From Utricularia gibba (lineage: Eukaryota > Plantae > Magnoliophyta): a stretch of 64,000 nucleotides of DNA. The DNA is taken from the NCBI GenBank assembly GCA_002189035.1, contig NEEC01000002.1, positions 1,922,001-1,986,000 on the forward strand. Direction: 5' to 3'. The translations under genes were made by a program, and so were the position numbers. Shown piece by piece: positions 1 through 9,377 of the stretch (its first letter is position 1; the number at the start of each line of letters is the position of its first letter). The notes under the pieces were generated by a model. The model was not told the DNA's origin. It did not search any database and saw nothing but the letters and a program-made list of their open reading frames with translations.

Positions 1-117
1 TGTATAAAATATATCAGTTATAACATTCGAGAATTATCAATATAACTTGGGATTCCTGGCCAAGCATGTAAAACAAAAAAAAAAAAATCCGGTTTCATGG
101 ACAAAGTCAGAGATAAC

Positions 118-1412
118 CTCTCAGGAGAATTTAAGATCTCATAGTAGAAGACAGAGAAGTTGAGTGCCACACCAAGTCGGATGGGATGCGTTGGAGGTAG
201 ATCATTAGTGGCACTAGTGGCAGCCTGCAACATAAAATATCGATGATGTGGATAAAATATTTCTGATGTCTGTCAAGCCAGGGATGGAGAAAAGTCTTCA
301 GGGGAATGCAACCCCAAACCACGTGGGACTGGGAAAAAAATAAAATGCACGCAAACCTCATATGCCTTGAGGGACTTTTCTGCTACCTCTTTTCGATCAT
401 CTCCTGTTTTGAACTCAGCTAAATATCGATAGTAGTCCCCCATCCTATATTAGCATTTGGAAAAACGAAAACAAAAATGTTTTCTTAAAGGACAATAGAG
501 CAAAAAAATTAAGAGCAGGAACACTGAAGTGATGCACAAAACCAACTGCATGAAAAAACCCTTTGTTCAGAAGCAAATGCAGTGCGGATGTAATATTGAA
601 TGCGATAATGAAATCTTTTAACAACCACCACAAAGCAATAATGCATTGCCTTTGGAAGTCGTTTTAGCCAGTATCTATGCCAGAACTTACATTTTGTAGT
701 AAAAAACAGACGATTCCCCGGATGATGAAGGAAGGAGGTGCTCATCAATCACTGATAATATATCCAGGCATATCTTAGTAAGCTCATCTTCAACACTCTG
801 TCTGTACGTCTTAATTCTCTTCACATTCAGTTCATGGCCCCTGGTTTCCTCTTTTTGCTCAATCGATGACAAGATGCGCCATGATGCCCTTCTGCCTCCA
901 ATTACATGCTTGTAGCCAACGGAGACTAGATTTCGTTCTTCAACTGTCAGCTCAACACCAAATCTAGCCACTTGTTTCATAGCTTCAACCATCTCTGAAA
1001 TTAGAACTCCGTAAATGAAAAGTGAAGACTTCACCCAAAGCAAACCACAAATCATATTGAAAGCTGCTTAATACTTTTCATTTGTACACACTACAAAAAA
1101 AAAAAATTGAACAAAAAGGGAAAACACACACACAGACACACATATTCCTGAGGAGTGCAATTCTAACATCAGAATGAACACCACAAAATCAGAAATAAGT
1201 GAACTTGTATGTACGAACAAAGCCCAAAGGAAAATCGAAGAACAAGTTTTCTCGAGTACCCAGATCATGTTCTTTCTCAACTAAAAATGACCCCCACTTT
1301 CAAACCCATAAATGCCCAGGGGATTTGTCAAAGATAATGGTGCACCTTCATATCTCTCGGCCTGCTCTGCAAGCCTGGCCAAGTAAACTTGCTGCTCTCT
1401 CTCCCTCTCCAT
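118..1412 (-). CDS. 14-3-3 protein, epsilon-type exon structure; 3' end lies beyond the left edge
   Basis: Exons 1412-1346 ([22 protein letters not shown]), 994-691 ([20 protein letters not shown]), 444-357 ([11 protein letters not shown]) and 224-118 ([26 protein letters not shown]), all with GT-AG introns and matching phases. Confidence 0.96.
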
Positions 1413-2071
1413 TGCTGCCTCTGATGGAGGATGATGGGTTCTCTCTCAAGTTTTAAACTGTAAAATCGGAAACTGTGCCGGCTAAGGGGTAGAAGAATCT
1501 GCATCCCCCCTAGAATCTCTAGATCGACGGGTAAAGTCTTGGTGGATGAAATGGGTGGGCACAGGACAGCCGTTGGATCATCTCATCCTCCACAACTGCA
1601 ACGCGACGGGTATGGAGTGATCAGTTTCTCTCCTGTGTTTTTTATATTATTTACACGAAAAGCCATGAGCCGCCAACTCAACTCAACCCAATGACGCAGA
1701 CAGCGGTTTATCCTTGAAGCATTTCCGATGCGGACACAAAACAAGAAAAAGCTCATACATACAAATGGGAATATGCTTTGGGGCCTTACGGATTCTTTCC
1801 TTTTTCTGTACATGCAACGCTTATCGTTCTTATTGGACACCTCCGCCATGTCCTTGCAACAATCTGCCAACAGGGGTCCTCCTTTACCTATTCTCTACCT
1901 GCGTACACGGTCGCTGCATGCCCCCCATGTTCGCCTTGCGGCTCCACAGGAAAGGAATACCACATTGCCATCTTGTCCTTGAAAAAAGTTTTCACCTTCA
2001 CTGGTTTTAGTGAAGTAGTCTTCTGTCTGAAAATGAAACGAACCAAGCTGGAGGCTTTCCTTTATGATTAA

Positions 2072-5000
2072 TCAGTTCGACTGTTGCTTCAAGAAGGGCT
2101 TTTGGCAGATGAGGAGCCTCTCATCACTGTTGTTCTCGATCTCGATGATGCGTGCATCCCACTTCAGGTGGGTCGCCAGGGACCGTGCAAGCTCGATCAC
2201 ATGGGTGATGTCTTTCAGAACCACCCATCCCTGAGGTGCATGTACCATCAGCTCGACAGCATGAAAGGGGAAGGCAAACCCGAAAATAATACCTCTGGGC
2301 GAAGAATGCGGTCTATCTCAATGAACAAATCCATCATTTGGCATCTTGGCTTCTCACCAAATTCAAGAGACAGGAGCCCTTGAGCATGAATCAGATCATA
2401 GGTTCTTGGGTAAGTTGGAAATGGCTCACACCTGCAACACAGGGAACACTTGTATTCACTTTGATCCAGAGTAATTCAAGCAACACATTTCATACCAGTC
2501 ATGAAGGACTCCTAACAACCCCCGGTCCACTATCAATGGTAGTGTATTAGGACCCCGAGTAGGTACAACATTCATAACCCATATGGACTTGCCGGTTTGT
2601 AACAAGGCAGCATTGAACCCACCAAGATGAGCATTCATATCCAAAACATTCCTGAGCATGTTATAAGGTGGAGAAGGGTCCTCATCTCCGGGTCTTTTAG
2701 GGTGATCAGAAAATATAACAGGTGATAACAGAGACCAATAGTTGACAACAGCAGCATTCCAGTTGAGACTATCTTCAGTGAACTCTTCCGGAGACAAACC
2801 TATAAACATAAATAATAAATGAGTTGTGTTCGACGGTTGCAGAAAAACAGTATCTTAATTCTGTATAAATGTACATGGAACAAACTTCAAAAAGTAAGAA
2901 GCCAAAAGCTTGTAGGAGTAGAGAATATGAACCATGAATTCCAAGTTCAGCAGAGTTGAGCTGTGCTTGAGTCGGCCACTTTCTCCGTACATCAATAGGA
3001 ACCCATCGTCGGCTATGAGTTCCTCCAATGCAGGGTTGGAGGTTGCGATAGTATGGGGACTCAACATCGTTGTCCTTGCTACAGAGAGAGGGAGAGGAAC
3101 TTTTCCTAGAAGCAAAACAATTGGCAATTTCAGAAGGTTGAAGTGCTCAAGGCTTCGGCCATTGTCCGATTACACAGTATTAAAGTGAATTCACATATTC
3201 TGTTAACTGTGCAAAATCAATTGCCTGGATAACCCAAAAAAAAACGGCAGTCTTGTTTAGAAGCCAGTAAAAGCAGTATTACCCATACCTAGTGGCGTAG
3301 CAGTTAATCTTAGTAGTCTTCTTCCAAACAACAGTTTCATCTTGTTGAGGCAACATCTCCCAGCACAGACTTTCTGTAAGCAACTTTACAGCATTCCATT
3401 TCTTAAGGTTATCTTTTTTACGAAGGGTACGTTGAGAATTTACAAGAGCATCCGTCCAGACAAAATATCCACCAGGCCGCAACAGTCTATCAACTTCAAC
3501 CAGATATAGACCACCTGTTAAGCATGAAACAGAACAAGAAGATTTTCAGCAAATGCCTAGAATGTAACATATCAGACTCCTATAGATGCTATTTTATGAA
3601 ATGATAACCTAAGGATCAAGAATACCTTTTTTATCCCAGTCAACATGACATCTCGCACAGTGTACCATATCAAATGAAAAAGATGGATACGGCAGCTGCT
3701 TTGTTTTGAATGAACCAATCATAGCAGGAACGCCTCTTTCAAGTGTTAACTGAACTTGACTGCCTGATGCTTCATAGTTTGCTAGGCACATGGTGAGTAG
3801 TTGATGCGAAGATAGATGAGCACCAAAACTACCATAACCACACTCTATGTCTAAGATGGTTCTAATCTGAGACAAAAAAAAAAGGAAGAACTCAGCAACG
3901 AACCATTGGTAAGTAGTCGTATCTTGATAAGAATCAGTTATATTCGGAAGAAACTTCATGCACCAATTATGAAGGTCATTTCATACAAAAGTATAGTGCT
4001 CTGGAACTTTCTGAAATCATTGATGAATTGATGAAAGGGCAAGATTAAAAGCAAAGTTACCCCAGCTACGGGTAAAAGGCAGAAAAACTAGCGTGTAATT
4101 AAAAACTAAGTGAGAAACAGAATATAGGTCATTTTTCCACTCACCCCAGCTTGTGTAAAGTAAGATGCATTTCTTTCACCAATAATTTGAGCAATTTGAT
4201 GGGAGTAGTCTTCGACATCAAAGTATGATGCAGAATAAAAAGAAACCTGATCTGCATCCAACCTCATCATTCTGCAATTATGGGAAATAAAAGTAAGCAT
4301 GGAGACAAGCGGTGGCATTAAGCGCCTTGTAAACAATTGTAAAGTTTTTCTTTGCACCTTTTGAATAAACTTCCAGAGGAGAGCACCTCCTGTGCAGTAA
4401 TTTTAACATTATCTAACCAAATCACATCCCTCCCAGTTGGCCATCGAAGAGGAATTCTATAATTGGCAGGAGGAAGTACCAAGCAATTTTGCTTAGGGGC
4501 ATGCTCACAATGCCGATCATATTCTTTACCATCAGAAAATCCATGATCAAGATTTTCTGAAATGTTGAAGCAAGGAACATAGTTTTCATACTCCTCCAAG
4601 CAATAGCCTAATTCTCTTGACCTTGAAAAACCAAGAGAAAGCTCCCCAATTTCATAAAGATCTGAAACCAGAAGCTCTTGAAGTCGCCTATAGCCACGAA
4701 AGACTTTGCCTCTCGAGGCAGAGGTTATGGACAGGGTCCACCAGAAGGAACCAATAAGAGCAACAACAACAATTACTGCTAAAGTATACCTCAGCAACGA
4801 AAAAATTATTCTTTGCCGACTCCTCATAAGCCCTGTGCTAGAGGGATCAGACATAAAACTATTTTCCTTCAGACTGTGTTTTGTACATAAACTACCGTAA
4901 AAAGATATCCAAAGGGAAGCTTTACAGATGAATGCATATCATCAGCATCATTTTTTCGAATTCGCTCCACACATTCTTTATCAACCCTTTCCTTCTTCTG

Positions 5001-5081
5001 AGAATCTTCCCAAAAATCCTTGCTATCCTGTGAAAATCTCCCACCTCCACTATAAACCCCTCGATGAAGGGTCCTGGACAT
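2072..5081 (-). CDS. QUA2: Golgi type II SAM-dependent pectin methyltransferase (QUASIMODO2/TSD2/OSU1 clade); one apparent frameshift near 4895-4903
   Basis: Exons 5081-4358, 4271-4145, 3866-3626, 3514-3289, 3105-2933, 2799-2496, 2431-2293 and 2230-2072. N-terminal TM segment; motifs [68 protein letters not shown]. Confidence 0.93.
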
Positions 5082-5870
5082 TATACAGCCTAAATAAAAG
5101 GAATCACCACATTAACTGGACATACATACACTTTCTAAGGGAGCACATAATCAGAGTAAAGAAAGACTTGGATTGGATCCGCAAGTGTTATAATAAATAC
5201 TAATCAGCAAGCTAGCGAGCTGTAACTTAGAAAAAAGAAAGCAAGATGCAATCTACATAAAGACCTTTACAGCGAACACGGCGCTTTTGCTTAAAGCGCA
5301 AATCAGAGAAACTACTTTCCAGAGGGAATGACGCCCACATTTACATATATTGACTTGCATCATATAACCATCCTGTGCTCGCGAGTCCTAATACCCAACA
5401 AACTACATATAGCCCCAAGCAAGATTTACCCTCAACTAAATCCAAAGGAGTGGGAAAACAGAAAGCCAGGAAAAGAATACACATTTGGAGAAGAGGAAAG
5501 AAAACCCAGAAAAAAAGGGATCACCCAATCAGCGAATCAAGAAAATACAAGGTTAAACAAAGATGAAGCACTCCATACCTGAGAAAAAAATAACAGAACC
5601 AGACCCACAATGGAAACAACAGATTCCCCCTACAGCAGAGCCAATCCAGCTGTGTTTCCCATAAAATTCCCACCCCTTTTTCTCCCCACCACTCTGCAGT
5701 TCGAAATCACATCAGTTGCCCATTCACTCAATTCCCTTTTCCAGTGTCTTTCAGATACGGGGAAAGAGTGAGTTAATGTGCGAGAATCATACGGTGCATT
5801 TATATATATCCTCCAACGCGGATTCATTCATGGAGTCGGTGGGAGAGGGTGAACGAGGACGAGTGAATTA

Positions 5871-5896
5871 CAGCAGGCAGCAGCAGCAGCAGCAGC
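5871..5896 (+). repeat. (CAG)n microsatellite upstream of QUA2
   Basis: cagcagg followed by six tandem CAG units. Confidence 0.8.
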
Positions 5897-8480
5897 GCCT
5901 GCCTCACCAGCAGTTAAGAGAATTAAGCAACTTACTTAAATCGCAACTCCATTGTTATCATGCATTAATCGTCCGATCCGACCACCATGAAAGCAATTAT
6001 TATGCCCTAATACAAAAGAAATAGCAAAATCAGACCAGCTTCGCTATCGTGCGCATTGAATTCCGGTAGGGCCCACCCACCGTCACCAAGGAGATCCCAA
6101 TACCCCAACCGTAATGCCAATGACCAAATTTATTGCGACCCCCCCGCCCCCTTCCCCGAAGTTCACTCCAACAAAATTTTTTTTTTATTTATTTTACATG
6201 ATATTTGGAAAATAATATTATCGAATTACATCTTCATATTATACAATATTCACATATCAAACAAAATACAGTTCTATAAAATTCCCAGAATTACCCTCTA
6301 CCGAGCACCCATTATTTAATTAGATGTTTAGGGGTACTATCGGAATTGTACGCCACCAAGCGGACCCCCACACGGACCCCGACCTCTGCGTGCTGCGGCT
6401 GTCTTGGACTCCAACACAGAAACTGTGGATGTGCCCTGACGGAAGTACCCCCTTCAACATACCAAAACCTGAAAACCGTCAAGTAAATAGTCAGGACAAA
6501 TTTGTAATAATTCAAATAAAGTGACGTAAAAATAAACAATCTAAAAAGATATTAGATTTCAATAATTTTATAATTTTTTGAAAAAAGGAAGCATCCCTCC
6601 TGAATATTAGGATATCAAAAATTTAATTACTTAGGTTTAGATAAATATGATATAAAAGAATTAATTTTTAAATTAATTAGTTAAAAAGTGAATGTATGAT
6701 AGAACTATTTAATTGTGATTTTCTTTAAATTCACTCATTAAACACGTCATAATTCCATCAATCAAACATCCACTAACTAATTCTCTTGTGATTAGTTAGG
6801 GATGTGGTTTTCAAATTACTTTTCAGTCCCTACAATAATAATAATCATTATTATGATAGATTTATTTAATTTTCAAGGGGTTTTTGTCCTCCATTATTAA
6901 TAATATTATTAAAATAACAATAATTTGTAGCTACCTACTTTGGATTCCCCGCATCTCCCATTAAAACTAGGGATAAATTAAAAATGTAATCATTTTTTAA
7001 TTGACGATTTTACATTAATATGTCACATAAATAGGGAAGGTGGGAAACTAACACATAATTCGAAATAAAATGCATTAAATCGATTACAATTAGAATAATG
7101 AATTATGCGTACTGTACAATTGGAATGATTAATTATTGGAGGGGATTGAGTAGTGTAATAATTATAAGTGTAGATGAATTAGGGACGCCTTCCTTCCTTC
7201 CTTCCTTCCGTATAGACTCATTATGCGTTGCCGGAATTCACAAAGTGGGTGTGTCGGCAGGCGACAAGCTTCATCACCTTCCATGTGGCGACGTACCAGA
7301 CACGCGTACCGAAACGTCTCATTCCATTCCATACAAGATCATGCATTTGTACTCACTCCTCCACATGCATGCTGCTTTTGGGCACTTAGATGGATCCCCA
7401 CTCTCAAAACCAAAATATTATATGTTTTGAACATTTAGTTTATAGTATGTATTATTTTACAACTTATAATTTAAAGTAAAAGTAAAAAGGAGTTTTTTAC
7501 AGAATAATTCTATTTGTTTTAAAATTAACTTCTACTTCTATTTATTCATAACTTATTTCAATTTTAATTATTTCAACAATTTATCACATAAGTTGATAAA
7601 ATGTGATTTATTCAATAAGTAGATTACTTAATTTCAAATAGACTACTTCTACTTATTTTACATTTACTTGTAAGTTGTTGATTTAGTCACACAAACTATA
7701 CCCTTAATCTTATAGAGCTAACTTATTGAATTTGCTCAAGAAAACTCTCATTAACCGATCTCCATCCACAACCCATGTGATTTTCTTAGGATACTTCCGT
7801 CCTTGGGCGAGGCATCACACACCGGGTCCTATTTCCATCTCCGCCTCTCGTGACCGGACAACACGATCACATGCAGAAAGGAGGAGGCGCGGGTTACCTG
7901 GATCGGGCATGCCACGTGCCACATTAATTGCATGCTTCAACCGCTGAAAGGGAACAAACCCTCCTGCATCCGCTCGCCTCGCCACAACACCGGCTGAGTG
8001 AGTGTCTTCTCTCTGCAAGAATCACCGCCAGTTGCGGAACTCGGAGTACTTTTTTAAGGGGGGCCGCATACTGGGGTTGAATAAAATAGAAGATTCAATT
8101 GAAAATTTAACTCTTCATTTTTTTATAGGCGAACCAAGATTCAGTTTGACCAACCCTAAGTTCCGTCCCTAGTTACCACCAAAAGAAATAATATTCCATT
8201 TGTGACATGTGTGAGACATCCACCGGGTTCGGCTACTTCAAGTCGTGGCTCAAGTTACTACACGGTAATCTAAGACGGTTGTGGTTGGAGGCTTTTTTGT
8301 ATGTTCCTCATTCTAATACTGGTTGATAAATCATGTTAATATACTAAGAAAAAGGTTCTAAATCTTTCAAAGAAATTAGCAATTTGCCTGCTGCAAATCG
8401 ACCGAATGAATCCGGGATTTAGGAGTAGTTCATTTCAGATTTTGATGAGTTTGAGAGTAAAGAATAGGGTCGGAAAACAG

Positions 8481-8573
8481 TGGGGCATCAGATCTCCAAG
8501 GTGTTTTCAGCATCAACCATGTGCTTCAGACGCAAATTACCCATTGTTAACATTAGATTCATCCTCTGCCCCA
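8481..8573 (-). ncRNA. Box C/D snoRNA with two guides (snoR15/U16-like)
   Basis: Terminal stem TGGGGCA/TGCCCCA, C-like box AGGATGA, D' CTGA, C' TGATG, D CTGA. D' guide GGGTAATTTGCG is complementary to SSU CGCAAAUUACCC (+5 = A). D guide CACCTTGGAGA is complementary to LSU UCUCCAAGGUG (+5 = C). rRNA segments from memory. Confidence 0.88.
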
Positions 8574-8632
8574 AAAACCATCGCAATTTGTCACAAAATT
8601 TTCCAAAAGCAAGCACTAGAATGCTTAGGTAA

Positions 8633-8721
8633 GGGCGATCAGAACCTGTCGAGATTCATCGTAAACATCACAATCAATCAGTGGATTGACAGACCTGATG
8701 AAAGTCATCGTCACCTCGCCC
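8633..8721 (-). ncRNA. Box C/D snoRNA (snoR14/SNORD110-like)
   Basis: Terminal stem GGGCGA/TCGCCC, C-like box GTGACGA, D' CTGA, C' TGATG, D CTGA. D' guide TCTGTCAATCC is complementary to SSU GGAUUGACAGA (+5 = U). D guide CTCGACAGG can pair with LSU CCUGUUGAG with one G:U. Confidence 0.87.
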
Positions 8722-8811
8722 ACTGATAAGAAAAAAAATGAATAGAAGCAAAGTAAATAACTAAACTCGATTCAAAAGAAAACAAATCGGAGAAATTCAT
8801 CCAAAACCAAA

Positions 8812-8893
8812 GTGCTCAGAACTTCTTAGAGGTATTTAGCGCCATCATCGGCGGTAGCGCCTCCGGCACGTTAATCTGAGATCATCATAGCAG
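8812..8893 (-). ncRNA. Box C/D snoRNA with a guide to the SSU CUUCUUAGAGG segment
   Basis: Perfect C box ATGATGA (8882-8888), internal GATGATG C', D box CTGA (8816-8819), short TGCT/AGCA stem, and an 11-nt guide CCTCTAAGAAG. Confidence 0.82.
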
Positions 8894-8977
8894 TATGTTG
8901 AGAAAAAAAAAAAACAAACAAACAAACAAATGCAGCAACCACGCTCCGCCAGTTCCACATGAAACGAATCCCCAAGA

Positions 8978-9121
8978 TTTATAGAGGCGGAAATCGAAAC
9001 CCTAATCGAAAAACCATACAATTTGGACCGCCCTTTTAAAATTTATAGAATGCGGCCCATTTACAGTGGGCATGACGTATTAGTTTCGGCCCATTTATAG
9101 TGGGTCCAGCCGATGGGCCCA
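8978..9121. promoter_or_regulatory. Divergent promoter between the snoRNA cluster and the JmjC gene: TATA, telo-box, site II elements
   Basis: TATAAA on - at 8978-8983; AAACCCTAA at 8997-9005; GGCCCA at 9054-9059 and 9088-9093; GGGCCCA at 9115-9121. Confidence 0.7.
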
Positions 9122-9377
9122 CGCAGCCTCTTCAATTATCTATATTAAAAATGAACATACGATTTCCTTTATTGGGGAATGACTTAACAAGCACGATCTT
9201 GTGTAATGAAAGCCGAAGGAAGCCGGCGGGCGTTTACCGGTTTCTTGCTTTGGCGCGTCATCTCAGAGGGCATGGAATATCCGCCATTGCTGAAATTCTA
9301 CGCGTAGTTGGTCGCCTTTTTACAGATAACAATTACGAAATTCCATTTCCGCTTCACTCCAGGTTCACCGACTTACC

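Noticed and set aside
1583-2071. Overlapping 84-98 aa ORFs between 14-3-3 and QUA2
   Set aside because: No recognisable motif or codon bias; best explained as the QUA2 3' UTR and the 14-3-3 promoter.
3835-3855. QUA2 SAM motif reads DIECGYG rather than DIGCGYG
   Set aside because: I recall Glu here in other angiosperm orthologues (unverified), and the rest of the domain is intact, so it is not treated as a lesion.
6330-6450. GGGGTACT..AGTACCCC inverted ends resembling a MITE
   Set aside because: Only 8 bp perfect, no target-site duplication and no second copy in the window.
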